Part shown: one piece after another, positions 26,018 to 40,110 of the stretch | How the letters are laid out: the number at the start of each line of letters is the position of its first letter | How positions within the stretch are numbered: position 1 is the first letter of the stretch | Origin: Vicugna vicugna | Lineage: Eukaryota | DNA length: 64,000 bases | Direction: 5' to 3' | NCBI GenBank assembly: GCA_013265495.1 | Contig: MU058540.1 | Coordinates: forward strand, 2,071,696-2,135,695 | The notes under the pieces: model-generated | Database searches by the model: none | What the model was told of the DNA's origin: nothing | Seen by the model: the letters and a program-made list of their open reading frames with translations, nothing else | Translations under genes and position numbers: made by a program

Positions 26018-26037
26018 TGTCTTTTACAAGTAGAAAC
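26018..26037 (-). other. FKBP5: 5' UTR part of the FKBP5 start-codon exon
   Basis: Acceptor TTTCTTCTCAGCAG| ends at 26038, followed by 20 nt GTTTCTACTTGTAAAAGACA and the ATG. Confidence 0.85.
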
Positions 26038-26434
26038 CTGCTGAGAAGAAACATATTTTAGCTAGGAAAAAACCACTTCTTTATGCATCTTTAAAATGCC
26101 CCCAGGAACTGAGCTTTACCTGACCCAAGATTTCTTAGATCCAATAAGGTTAAACACTGAAAACAAAAATAAAAACATTTGCTATGAGCATGTACTGATG
26201 TCATGAGGCATGTAAATAAAACATCATCCAACTCTTCAATTTCCCTTCCAGCTCTGGTCCCAAATTAGAGAGCAGTACAAGTCAGGTTTGGTAGTGATTA
26301 TATTCCTTAGCATGATTACACATTGAGAAGTAGTCCTTTCAGAACTCTGAAAACATCCTCTCCTTACAGCCATATTCTTGACAGAGAATTAAGAACTTAT
26401 CAGGAAATATGATGAAGGAATGACAATATATCAC

Positions 26435-26670
26435 AGTGGTAAACAGAACAGCCTTTAGAAACTGACAGACCCCAGACTGAGTCCTAGCTCCAGCAATAAC
26501 TATTTGACATTTGCAAACTTACTTAACTTCACTGAGCCTCAGTTTCACGTCCATAAAATGGAAATAGTGTCTGTTCATAGTTACTGTGAGGCACTAATGA
26601 CATTACAGATGTTAAGAGATTAGCAGAGTCCTAACTTAAAAATGTAAACACTTACCGTGATTATTATTGG
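26435..26670 (+). mobile_element. MIR SINE
   Basis: 'ttacttaacttcactgagcctcagtttc...taaaatgg'. Confidence 0.65.
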
Positions 26671-28059
26671 GTCTTCTACAGAGCCACATTTTTCATTTTC
26701 TGCTCAAAAGACCTACAGAATGAGGTTCTCCTCTACAAAAGCACTCAAGGTCCTCCACAACATGATCCTAACCTATCTTTCAGGTCAAGCTTCCACTACT
26801 TTCTTTTACTACCTTTCATGCAGCTCATGCTCTAGCCAAACCAGAACAAGGTCCCATAACAAGCCCCGTGCTTTCCCATCTCCATGCTTTTGGTCACTCT
26901 TTTCCTTCCCCATTTGTCCCACTCAAATGCTACTTCCATCGTACCAACCTTGACCTTGTACTTGGCAGCTGACTACCCTTTTCTGTACTTCCTTAGCTCT
27001 TCCTTGACTTGTTACCTATAATATATTCATAAGAAGACACACATGGATTTTAAAGACCCTTGAGAACAGGGTCATGCTTTGTTCATATTTACATTCTCTA
27101 GAATGCCTCTACCTTTGAGACTACTAAGACAGAAATGGCAAGGAATTTGGAGTTCCTACGGCATCTGATGTTGCCTACTTTAGCTTCTCAAAGCCGTTTT
27201 CCTCTACCTGTGTAATTAGAATAAAAATGTATCCTTTTCACAGTGATCTTCTAGATTAAATGGTATAATTTGATGTTAAAAGTATACTACTACAATGTTA
27301 GTGCTTATTAATATTACCATTCACCCAAATGACAGACACTTTTTTTCATGCAAGGCAAATACCAACAGGCTAATCAAAAGACAAAATAAAACACACCTCA
27401 TTGGCTGCTACCATGATGAATTCTATCCTGCTCTCCTGGTGAGCAGGGAAAGTCCAGACTTAATCACTTCTACAGCTATTCAAATTAGGTTAATAATGGA
27501 CATAAGGCTCCCTAAGTCACCTGCGGGACCCTCTGGCCTACACGGTCAAAAAGAGCTATTTTACAGCTGTGAAAAATGTCTTACTGATACAACTGATAAT
27601 TAGACAACTAAATATAGTTGATAAAGTGTTTTAATTAATTTCCAAATGACCTAAATTTACTTCAGTCTAAACAAAGACACAAATGAAACTTTGCTGTGCC
27701 CAAAAATCTTCAAAGAGAACACTAAAAACCAGGGGCTAAGCCCCTTTGCTTTATCTTCTAGTACAGTTTATGCCAAACACAAAAGATCCAAATGCTTGGC
27801 TCAGGATAAGGGAAAGGCCAGAACAAAGCATTCTCAAATGAACAACAAAAGTTAGGTACGCAGTTGTTGTATGTGATTCCGGGCAAGACAATTAGGAAAA
27901 TCAGATGAACAGAGCTGGCTCCCAGCTTCTGGTAGCCTACACTGAGACTTCTCTGATGCATAGAAACTTGCAGAAGGCACCTCAAAAACAGGAGAAAAAG
28001 ATCTTTTAAATATTTTGGACATCATGGACCAATACATCCTTGGAAAAATATATGTACAC

Positions 28060-28501
28060 AAAAAAATTTCCCGTGGCTTTACATATACACTGGCAACCAT
28101 CAATAAACCCCTAGGGAAATCTTGGATTAAATCAACAAATTAAAACCACCAGGTGAAAGGTTATTAGGAAACAGGACAGTCACACAATGTCAAAACATGA
28201 ACCTACAGATTATTTATTATTAAAAAAAGGGAAAAGGGCCTTCCAATGAAGTGATTTGACAAATCTCCCCTTAACACAAGTGATCTACATCATGACCAAA
28301 CTCTGCATCACCTATATTAACACAAAGTGATATCACTGTGCCTCCTGATGTGATGTAATGGGAGGTATGCATGTGGTATTCCTACCAAAAAAAAAAAAAA
28401 TTAACCTGAAATCAATCAAGAAGAAAAGACAAAACTAAGTTGTGGAATATTCTACAAGACAAGTGGCCTAGACTCCTCAAAACAATAATGCTATGAAAGA
28501 C

Positions 28502-28544
<43 letters not shown>

Positions 28545-28553
28545 ATAAAAAAA

Positions 28554-28591
<38 letters not shown>

Positions 28592-28890
28592 TGGGCCTGC
28601 TCTGCTTTAAAAAAGACTAAAGAGACACAACAATCAACTGCAGTGTGTGATCCTTGGCTGGATCCTGGATTAGGGGGACAAATTTTATGGAAGTCCATTT
28701 TGGAGAGAATTAGAAAAATCTGGAAAAACAGACCGCACATTACCTTATTATTACTGTAAAATGTTAGCTTTCTGGGGTGGGCTGTTGTATTGTGGTTTTA
28801 TACACAATAATATCCTCATTCTTTGGAAACACAAGCTGAAGTATTTAGGGGTGAAGTGCCACGATGTGTGCCATTTAGTTTCAAATCATT
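28060..28890 (+). mobile_element. Old L1MC/ME-type 3' region containing a long A-rich tract
   Basis: Similar in character to 5900-6500 ('ctcctgatgtgatg', 'tgtgatccttggctggatcctgga'). Confidence 0.55.
28503..28591 (+). repeat. Long poly(A)/(GAAAA)n tract
   Basis: About 39 uninterrupted A, further A runs, then GAAAA repeats. Confidence 0.9.
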
Positions 28891-30215
28891 TGAGAGTGTG
28901 CATGCATGAACACAAGTATCACAAAAAAACTAAAAACAAAGCATTCAGAAATCATGACTACAACACATCCAAAGGCAATGCCTTTCTTTCAAATGTTCAT
29001 CATTTAAGGATCAACTAAATTTTTAAATGAAAATACTGTCAATCAAAAAACAAATTCTTTTGATTCCAACCCTCCCCCACTGGAAACAATGGCTTGCTAA
29101 AATTCAAAAAATAGGGAACTTGTATAAGTTGATCTGCAAGTTTTGTAAATCTCATTTAGTAAAGAATTTGCTCTTCATTTTTGGTTTCTACCACTTCAAG
29201 GGATATAAGTAATCTCTGTAATTTCTGAATGGTTCTGAATAGTATGAAGCCCATATAAGGTAGTATGAATAATTAAAACAAAAAAATAAACATGACACAA
29301 ACTTTTTGAACTTTCAAAGAAAGATAAATCTAAAAGAATAAAGAAATAAACTGAACTTTCCAGGTATCTTCCTTTAATTCCACTTATGCCATCTGGGGTA
29401 TAGATTTTTGTAAGCAGACAAAACAAACACGTTAAAGAAACTTCTTTCTTGATCTAGCGTTAGTTAAAAAAAAAAAAAAGGCAGTAAGAACAGACAATTC
29501 CTAAAAACCTATAAGACACTGAGAAAGTTTCACTTTTTTCATAAGAGCCTTTTCTTCTTTCCCAGTCTAGGTTTATTCTGGATTTAAAATCACTATGTAG
29601 CTATGGATATTAATCTATGATAAAGCTCACTGTTCCAAACTGTCCAAAGGGGGAAATTGTTGCCCAGTGCCTCAGAGAGGGAACACACAGTTCGTTCTGT
29701 TATGGACATGCCAGATAAGCACGCACTCTCCAAAGTGCCAGTCAGCAAACACCTGAGATGTCACAGAAAAATGAGACGCTTAAAATTTCATCAACAGTAT
29801 ACGGAAAACTTCAGTTAACATAACTAAATTGTCATATTCCCCCAAACAAGAAGTCACTTTAAAGCTTTACCCACTAATTCTCCATGTATATTACTTACTG
29901 TGTAGTTGTTCCCTTTCTTCAAATACAGATATCTTGTATCACAGATTATCCTACTTACAGGAGAGCTTCCAGAAAGAAGACAAAAAAGAATATAGGAACT
30001 GGCTACTTTGCTGGAAGCACAGGAAATTACAGCAGCATTCTTTCTAAGTATACTCGTGCCTGGACCACAAAGGCTTTCAGTCTCCTAAAACTAAAACATG
30101 AAAGAAAACACAAGGAAGGAGGTATATCTAAGGCTTGTAACTTAATACAGGGTAAGTGCAACTAAATTTGAAAATACCCATGTAAGGATGAACTGGAAAG
30201 CTCTCATTAAATTTC

Positions 30216-30399
30216 TTTTTTAAATTTTTTATATTAAATTTTTTTTTTATTTTGGGTTTTTTTTGGGGGGGTGGATTTGGTTTATTTATTTAATTTTTTT
30301 TTGTTATTTATTTAATTTTTTAAATGGAGTTACTGGGGATTGAAGCCAGGACCTCCTACATGCTAAGCATGTACTCTACCACTGAGCTATACCCTCTCC
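30216..30399 (-). mobile_element. tRNA-Ala-derived SINE (vic-1-like), second copy
   Basis: Minus strand GGAGAGGGTATAGCTCAGTGGTAGAGTACATGCTTAGCATGTAGGAGGTCCTGGCTTCAATCCCCAG plus A-rich tail. TSD TCATTAAATTTC/TCATTTAGTTTC (10/12). Confidence 0.85.
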
Positions 30400-30714
30400 T
30401 TCATTTAGTTTCAACCCTAGGCCTCCCTCAAACATTTAAGTCCAGTTAACACAAGAGCATCAGAAGTAGTTATCTACTTGTAGACAAGACATAATGTATG
30501 AGGGAGAGAAATACGCATGCAGAGGAAATGAGATCAAATATTGAGAGACAATACACCTATATGAAACTGCACACTACATTTATTCACCTGCTTTCCCCCA
30601 GTTAATTTCCCTCCTCCACACTGGAGCAGGGAACGGGGAGATGACGAACAATGCTCTTATACATCTCACACATTCATTTTTTTCTCCTTTAAAAGATACA
30701 CAAATATCTCGTGT

Positions 30715-31530
30715 GAGAGAAGATACACAATGGCCAGTAAGCACATGGAAATGTGTTTGATGTCATTAGTCATAAGGGAAATGCAAATCAAAATCACAAT
30801 GAGATACCACTTCACACCCAGGAGGGTGGCTGTTATCAAAAAAGGAAAAATGACAAGAGTTGGTGAAGACGTAGAGAAATGGAAACTTCATGCATTGCTG
30901 GTGGTCATGTGAAAGGGCACAGCGTCTGTGGAAAAGTTTACTGGTTCCTCAAAATATTAAACATAGAATTACCATATGGTCCAGCTAGTCCACTCCTAGG
31001 TATGTATCCAAAGAAGAGAAAGCAGAGATGCAAACAGATACCTGCATACCAATGTTCAAAGCAGTATTATTCACAATAGCCAAAGATGGGGAAAAATCCA
31101 ATTGTCAATAAACAAAATATGGTATGTGTGCATATATGTATCATATATTATTAAAATGAGTATTATTCAGCCATAAAAAGGCATGAAATTCTGATACATG
31201 CTACAACACAGATCAACTTAAAAACATTAGGCTAAGTGAAATAAGCAAGACACAAAAGGACAAATATTGTATGATTCTACTTTTATGTGGTACCTAGAAT
31301 AGGCAGGTTTATAGAGACAGAAAGTAGAAGACAGATTACCAGGGACTGGGGGGAAGGGGACTAGACAGTAGCTGTTTACTGGGTACAGAGTTTGTGTTTG
31401 AGAAGATGAAAAAGTTCTGGAGAAGAGTGGTGACAGCTACACAATGTGAATGTACTCACTGTCAGTGCACTGTACATTTAGATATGGTTAAAATAGCACA
31501 TTTTACGTTATGTATATTTTACCACATTTT
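30715..31530 (+). mobile_element. L1MB-type 3' fragment
   Basis: ORF 30730..30912 MASKHMEMCLMSLVIREMQIKITMRYHFTP is the ORF2p C-terminus; L1MB-like 3'UTR follows. Confidence 0.85.
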
Positions 31531-32629
31531 TTTAAGAAAGAAAGAAAAGGAAATCTGAGGCCGAAGTAGACAGTAATTAACTTAACAGAATGGTCAGCCA
31601 GACTTAACTTCTCTCTCTTTAATCCTCCTACTTTCCCCTTAACTGAGGATGCCTTTCGCATTTTGAGCACAATTCCAGAGCTGAGCCTTCCCAAGTGACT
31701 CCCGCATCAGTTCTTCAGGGACCAAAGGCTCTGGGATGTCCAATCATGAAGACAGGAGAAGAGAGAGGATACTAAATGGAACTACCACTTTATAGCTACA
31801 AATAATTTCCTCCTTCATTGTATCTCTTAGATACATACAATGCTTTGGTAAACTCACTTTTCTTCTCAATAAGTACTGAAGAAAGCAAAGTTCATAGACC
31901 AAATTTACAATTACTCCTTCTCTGACTGCCTACTTGGAAGAATTACTGTTCTTAAATAAGTAGGAGGCCAAGCGTTGTACTAAAACAACCACCAATAAAA
32001 ATCTAGAAAATATTAGATCATCCAAATGCCAGAGGTTGAAAGACAGTACTAAGTTATCAACTTTCCCCCAAGATGACACTGGAGCGACCAAAGAATTTGA
32101 AAAGCTCTCAGCTCGAAAACAAGAAAAGTTGTATCACTGAACTAGAACGCAGATGAGATTAGTCTGAAGGAGAGAACAAAGAAGAGCAAACTGCCTTCTA
32201 AACACCAACTGCAAGAACAGCTTTCCCTAGGGAGCCTGGTCACCATCAAAAAGAGCAGGAGAGAGCCAGAGGAATTAAGCAGAGAGGCATACCTGGGGAA
32301 GAGAGCAGACGCTGTGTTCAGATCAGTTAGGCCAGGTAGATTTCTCTCCCTCCCCAATGCACACGGTGGTTCCCATTTTTCTCTGTGGAAGATGTAAGAA
32401 TTTTCTTTATTCTTGGAATTTGGATATATCTCCAGGATATATTGTGGAATTTATCTTCTTTCCTTAATTCCCACAGGGGCCTTAACATCCTGGTGCATAA
32501 TTGCTGAAGATAAGTCTTTGGGGATTTCAGGAAAGTTCCTACTGTGTTCTTCAGTGTCCATCCTCTGCTTCTAGAAGTCTTATTAGACAGACTTTGGGCA
32601 TCTTGGTTCTATCCTTCAGGTCTCCTAAA

Positions 32630-32800
32630 CATGTTTTTCTGGGATAAACATTAGAATCACCTGGGAATCTTTAAAAAGCCACTGATGCCTGGACCTAGTC
32701 TCAGAAGTCTAGATTTAACTGGTCTGTGGTCAGAACATCAGTGTTTTCAAAAAGCATCTCAGATGACTCTAAGGTGCACACAGGGCTTGGAAATAATGGT
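32630..32800. mobile_element. MER5A-like hAT element
   Basis: 'cattagaatcacctggga...ctgatgcctgg...ttaactggtctg...cagatgactctaaggtgca'. Confidence 0.7.
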
Positions 32801-35800
32801 TTTTCTCTCGAATTCAATCTCCATCTTTTAGCTCTATATTCTAAGAAATTTCCTTTGATGGAATTTCTAGATCACCATTTGGTTGTCAACTATGTCCAAT
32901 GTGTCATTTAACTTGTTCAAAGGATTTTTTAAAATGTTTATTTCCATATACTCTTTTATTATCTGCTCACTTTTTCTTAGCATGTCCTTATTTTATGGAT
33001 GCAATTACCTCTCAAATATTTCTGAAGGTTCTATTTAGAATAAAATGGGACATCTCCTAAGAATAAGTATCAGGCTAAAGCTTTCTTAAGGAAAAAATGC
33101 TGATTTTATGTAGCCCCTGGCATCTCCCAAGGGCACTGGGCAGTGGTAAAGGTTGAGAAGTTAAGAACTAGAAATGGGAGAAAGGCAGCATATTGTAGTG
33201 TAAAAGTTAAGTAGAAGGGGAACGTATAAGATATAAAAGTGACAGGTGAAAATTTTGATACTTGTTCTAGCCTTACAAAGAGAACAAGTAAAATGCTTTA
33301 GGTGAAAGGGGAGTGGAAAGTGAAGGCTTAAGAAGAAAGAACTAGTTACAAGCTTAAATACACAGGGGAGTCACAGGGAAATGAAAAGTAATGATTTAAG
33401 AGTAGGAAGAGCAAAAAAAAAAAAGAGTAGGAAGAGCACAGGCATAGATCTGTTCATCAATTAAACACTTACAGACTGCTTAAGTTATAGCTGAATCAAC
33501 TATAGCTAAATGAAAGTATTCTAAAGCTTCTCAAGAGAAATGTTTAAATAAAAACCAACAAATTCACACTATAAAAATATTATGCAGTCTTTGAAAAGGA
33601 TGAGATGAATCCATAGGGAAATCATTGATCTAAGAGTCTAAATATTCCAAAAGCATCAAAACAACTGCACTGAGAAAGGGTTTTATAGATGTCCATCCAC
33701 TAAAAAAGGAATCATTGTAAGACATGAAATGTATTATGATACATAGGGCTCAGTGATGATTTCGTTCTCCGGGCTGTTTAAACAACAACAACAACAAAGT
33801 CAGTTGATGATGTCACAAAGGGATAATACATGTGGTACAGACAATGTGGTATAACGTAATTACTTGCAGCAACCAACCATGCCTCCTAGTTGTTTACAGA
33901 TTTTGGTGCATACAATCATTTTAAAGCACTAGGTTACAATTACACAAATATTACCCATTACGTGCCACAATGTCTTTTTCACCATTGTTTTTCCTTCGTG
34001 TTAAGACAGCTGAACTCTGGAAACACTAATAAGGAACATGCAAGGTCTTAAGCACTCCAGATAAACAATCTTCTAATGATGACACAAAAAAATGGAAAGA
34101 CATCAAGATGTATCAGTAAGTGAATGGTGAGCTGCAAAAAAATTTGTAGTATGACCCTATTTTTAGGAAGAAAATAATGTGTATTTGCTTATATATACAA
34201 GGAGGACATATTTAACCATCATTAAAAGTGTTACCTCTGGAGAAAGAGATTGTGGGGACAGAGGACAAGAAGAAATTCTCATTTTTTAGATTTTATTTTG
34301 TATCATTTAAATAGTTTAACACTAAGCATATATTACTTCCATGATATTTTTTTTTAACTTAGGACAAAAAGATGAAACATTTCTTGGTTGCACTTATCAG
34401 GACTTTTTATTATTTTTGTTCAATTTAATTCTAACATTTTAGAGTGTCTTCTATGTAGAGGAAGCAAACTCTGATTGAGCAAGGGGTGCTTGTGAGATAT
34501 CCAGAAGGCAGTCAGAGACGAGGCCTGGCTCAGGAGAGAAGTCTGGGTTGACAGCAGACATTGAGGAGTTATCAGATTCTACAAGGTACTTAAAAGCATA
34601 GCTGCAATTACTTCTAAGAAAATAAAATAGTGGTTCTCAAAAACTTTTAACATCCAAACCTCACTTCTGATTACTAGGACTTGTGGCAGTACAGCTGAAC
34701 AGTTTTAAAAACTCAAACCATCGCTGAAGAAGTCAACAATATCACTAATGACAGATTAAAAAAACTCACAGCACTTTCAAAGTACTATTCCTCTCACTGT
34801 CCTTTAATATCATACCACCATTCAAATAACACCATTTCTTTTGAGGCAAGCACTAGAATCCACCTCTGGTACTTTCTCGACTTTACAAACTGCCTCTTAC
34901 CTCTCACACGTAGCCTGCTTCACACCAAGTCATGACATCCCTTAGCTCAAACGTACATCTGTCGGAAATTGTATTACAGTTGTGACAGAGACTGCTAGTA
35001 ATTCTCAATATCCTTTTCCCCGCTTCTTCCTTAGTAATAAAACCTCTACTTGTTAACTAGACATGGAGCTTTCCAGAATGAAGCCCCAGTTTCCTCCCTT
35101 GCAGCTAAGTGTGGCCATTTGACTAAATTCCAGCCAGTGGGATCTAAGGAAAATATATCCATGAAGGAGCAGGCAGCCAGCTCAGGGGGAAGAATACTAA
35201 AATACATCTTAGTTGAAAGCTGAAAGATAAGGACTCATTTTCCCACTTAGTCAACAAGTATCTATTGAGAACCTACTATGTACCAGGCTCTGTTCTAGGC
35301 AATGAAGATACAGCAGTAAACAACAGAAAATAATTTCTATCTCCATGGAACTTACATTCTGATAAGGGTAAAGACGATAGGAGTGAGCCTCTATTACTTA
35401 CTCATGTTTCTGATAGAAAAATTAAATTTCTACCTGTGCCACAGTGGTAGATTAACTTGGGTTGATTCATTAGGGCCAAACAGCTTGATTCCAAGTCTGC
35501 TGGTGATTTCTAAGAACAGGCCAACACAGTAACATATGGCAAAGGTCTGTAAACACTGTATAGGCAGAGGATGTGTCCTGTTCATTTTTGAAACCCTCCT
35601 CCCCTAACCTAGTGTAAATGGATGGCATAAAAGAGGCACTCAATAAACACTGGAATGAATTGTGATTTTCAAAAGCAATCAATATAAAGATGGTAAAATG
35701 TGAGACTGGAAGGAATCAGTACTGACATATCATTTCCAGTTGACTATATTCCTTCTCTAAATCTACTCTGAAAAATCTAATCTGGAGAATTACATCGTAC

Positions 35801-37090
35801 CTGAGAGTTCAACCATAGGGCAAAAATAATACTCTGTTCTAATCATAGCAGTAATCAAGAAAACTTGAGCATAATTAATACATCCTGGAAGTGCACTGTA
35901 AGCATATGTTTGTGCATACACACAATAACAGACTTACTAATTGTATCAGTTTGACTTAAACCTGGGCAGTCAAAAGCACAGGACCACACCTCGCTGTCAA
36001 TCTCTGAGTATACACTAAAGAGTAATTGGAGGAAGAGATGACTCAGAAAGCTGGAATGCAGAAGGAAGAAACCTAAGATAAAAATTCTGTATAATATCGC
36101 ACCCTCCTAAAGTCTCATTAAAGCATTGTAACATAAATTAAGCAGACTTAAAACACGTTTTCACTATATGATTCCCAAGAGTAAAACTGTCCAAGAATAG
36201 CATTTTAGGTCTGCGAACAAAGCCTAAAACGTAGAAGGAACAAAACCCTTGACCACCTTAATTCCCCACCATAAAAATGTGGAAGGAAGACAGGGACTGA
36301 GGATAGAGGAGGGAAACAGTGCTGCTCCCAAGCCTGATGACCAGAGGCCTCTGTCTGGGCACTGGGTTTTGAGAACAAATGAATGTTCCATAACAGGAGA
36401 GGTTCGGTATTTGCAGAGAAGTCTGGGGAAAAATGGAATCTTTAAAACTGTAACAGATCCTATGCAGGAAGAAGTAAGGCAACTTTATTTTTGATGTGGC
36501 CCTACCATCTCCCAAACCCTGAGTTGGTACCTCCTCTGCATGCAGATCTAGTTACTGACCAGTGAAGTTTGTTAATGTGACTTAATCCATCTCTTCAGGG
36601 TCAGGCTCCTCAGGGCCTTCCAAGGTGACAAGTTAATTAATTAATCCTGTCCACCAGATAAAGATTTGTCTATCTCCCTAAGTAAACACCTTCTTTGGAA
36701 TGACTCATATATTCCACATTTCCAGGACAAATTTTTAATTAAAGGTATGTATGAGAGAGGATTGAACCATGCCTGAATTTAAACTCAAATCCATTGGTAA
36801 CTAGCTATGGAATCTTTGGCTGTCATTCAGTTTCTCCACCTGTAAATTTCAAGAGGTTAGACAAAAATGGTATCTAAGGTTTATTTCAATTCTAATATTT
36901 AATATTTAGAATAACTTTTAATGAATAAATAGATGCTTCACTTCACTTTATAGGAAAATGAGGTTTGATATGTGGAAGGGAAAACAATTCCCAAGGAATG
37001 GAAAAAGTTACTCTGGTATCAGAGAGTTCACTTTCCATTGCAGTCCTCTGGGAAAGCATGATTAATTCTGAGGTTTATCCCCTTAGATAC

Positions 37091-37598
37091 TGTGTTAGTT
37101 TTCTAGAGCTGCCACAACAAATTATCACAAACTCAATGGCTTAAAAAAACACACAAATTATCTTATAGTTCTGGAGGGCAGACGTCAGAAGTAGGTCCAC
37201 TGGGCTACAATCAAGGTGTTAGCAGGGCTGTGTTCCCTCTGGAGGCTCCAAGAGAGAATCTCCTGTTTTTTCTAACCTCTAGAGGCTGCCCACATTCCCA
37301 GGCTCATGGCCCCTTTCCTCCATCTTCAAAGCCAGCAATACTGTATTCTCTGATTATTCTTTTGGAGTCACATCTCCCTTTGGCCACAGCCAGGGAAGTT
37401 TTTCTTTCTTAAATTTCTTAAGAATCTATTTGATTGTGTTGGGCTCATCAGGATAATCTAGGATAATTTCCCCATCTCAAAGTCTTTAACCATAATCATA
37501 TCTGCAAAGTCGCTTCTACTCTGTAAGATAATGTTAACAAATTCCAGGGATTAGGATGTGGACATCTCAAGGGAGCCATTATTCTACTACCTACTATA
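37091..37598 (-). mobile_element. Solo MaLR LTR (MLT1C/D-like)
   Basis: 'tgtgttagttttctagagctgccacaacaaattatcacaaact...ggattaggatgtggacatct'. Perfect 5-bp TSD GATAC at 37086-37090 and 37599-37603. About 508 bp. Confidence 0.85.
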
Positions 37599-38860
37599 GA
37601 TACCTAGTCATCCAAACAAGATCGTAACAATCCCTCCCAAGCCTAGAATTCTGTTGATGTCCTCCATTTTACACTTAGGGTTCTTTCAACATTCTCTCCT
37701 TCCTCTCCCTTTACTTATCATCCAGTTGGATAACAATGTTCTAATCTGACAATATGATTAAATCTAACATTTGAGATTTTACATATATACATATATATAT
37801 ATATATATATAAAATTCTTCAGAATTTCAGAAAGCCCAAACTGGAACATTTATTCAGTTTCTCAATTGTTTAATAAGTTAAAATTGTAAGTAAACTTGAT
37901 ATATGTAATACATGTTTTCCCAATTCATCAAACTTTATCACTGAAAAATTATTTTAAAAACTGAGTCCTTTATGTGATTCTGAAATTTGAGCAGCTTGCT
38001 ATAAATGCTGAAGGACACACAAATACATTTTTTAAAATCTAGTAACAGTAAATTGCACATAAAGTATTTAATTTTTAAGTTTTGACATATGTATATATAC
38101 ATATCCACTAAGTTATCACTACAATCAAGATTATGAATATACACACACAAGTTTCCTTGTATCCCTTTATAGTTCACCTCTCTCTGGCTCATGTCTCCAG
38201 CAATCTCTGATATGCTTTCTCAATAGTCTGTATTTTATAGAATTTCATATAAATGGAATGTCTTTTTCCATTGCTTCTTTCTCTTAACTGTAATTATACT
38301 GAGAATAAAATACACTGTTGTATGTATCAATAGTTTGTTCCTTTTATTGCCTAGTAGTATTCCAGTGTATGGAGATATGCAAATTATTTGCCTGTTGATG
38401 CACATTTGGATTGCTTTCAATTTTTGTCTATTACAAATAAAGCTACTATGAATACTTGGTTACAAATCTTTATGTGGTCATATGCATTCATTTCTCTTAG
38501 ATAAATGCTTAGGAGTGGAATGGCTAAATCACAGAGTAGGTGTATATTTTAGGTCTTCAAGAAAGTGGCAATCTGTTTCCAAAATGTATGAACCATTTTG
38601 TATTCCCACCAGAAGTATGTAAGAGTTTCAACTGCTCCATATTTTCACTAACACTTGGTACTGTAAGCCTTTTTAACTGAAGACACTCTAACTTGTATGT
38701 AGTGGTATCTAATTGTCATTTTAATCTGCATTTTCCTAATGACACGATGTTGATCATCTTTTCATGGGCTGATCAGCCACCCAAGTAGTTTCTTTGGTGA
38801 AGTGTCTGTTCAAATCTTTTGCCTATTTTTGACTGGGTTGTTTCCTTATTATAAGTTTTT

Positions 38861-39223
38861 AAATTATTATTCTTATTTTTTTATTGAAGTGTAGTAAGGT
38901 TCGTTTCAGGCGCACAGCAAAGCAACTCAGTTATACATATATATTTTTTCAGTTTCTTTTCCACTACAGCTCATTTCAAGAAACTGAATATATTTCCTTG
39001 TGCTATACAATAGGTTCTTGTTGCTTACCCACTGCACATATAGTAATGTGTATCCATCAATCCCAAACTCCCAATCTATCCTTCCTCAACCCCTTTCCCA
39101 CCTGGTAACCACAGCTTGTTTTCTATGTCCATGAATCTATTTCTGGTTTGTAAATACAAGTTGTATCTTTTTTAGATTCCACATATAAGCAACATCATAC
39201 AATATTTGTCTTTGTCTGATTTA
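38861..39223 (-). mobile_element. Nested L1 3' end
   Basis: 'tttttattgaagtgtag...ttagattccacatataag'. Imperfect TSD TTTCCTT(A/C)TTAT..AAGTTTT at ~38841 and ~39224. Confidence 0.75.
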
Positions 39224-39814
39224 TTTCCTTCTTATTAAGTTTTGAGAGTTCCTTATATATTTTGAGTACAAGCCTTTAATCAGATATTTTGTGAATATTT
39301 TCTCCCAGTCTGCGACTTGTCATTTTATTCTGTCAAAGATGGCTTTCAAAAAGATGTTCTTAATATTGATACAATCCATCTTTTTTTCTCTTTTATAAAT
39401 CATGCTTAGTGTTGTACCTTAGAAATCTTTACCAAACACAACATCACAAATATTTTCTTCTAGAAACATCACGGATTGGGGCTTTACATTTAGGTCTATG
39501 ATCAATTTTGAATTAACTTTTATATGTGATATAAGGTACAGATTAAGGTATGGATTTAGTTTTTTGTGTATGAATATTAAATTGTTGCACTATCATTTGT
39601 TGAAAAGATTAACCTCTTTCCCATTTAATTGACTTGGCATTATATTCAAAAATTCATTGATCATATTTTCTGTTCCATGGGTCTATTTCCTTACTTTACA
39701 CTAATACTGTTGTTTTCATTATTATACACCAATATCATTGTTTTGATTATTATAGCTAAGTTTTAGAAATCAGATAGCACTAAATCCTCTCTGTTCTTCA
39801 CTAAAACTGTTTTG

Positions 39815-40073
39815 GAGGAACTCTCCTACACTGTTGGTAAGAATGTAAGTTGGTGCAGCCACTATGGAGAACAGTATGGAAGCTCCTTAAAAAACTAAAA
39901 ATAGAATTATCATATGATCCAGCAACCCATTCCTGAGCATATATCTGGAGAAAACTCTTAATTCAAAAAGATACACACACCCCAATGTTCACAGCAGCAC
40001 TAGTTACGGTAGCCAGACATGGAAGTAACCTAAATAAATGTCCATCGACAGATAAATGGGTAAAGAAGATGTA

Positions 40074-40110
<37 letters not shown>

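Noticed and set aside
28477..28759. Poly-Lys and poly-Phe ORFs
   Set aside because: Translation of the poly(A) tract.
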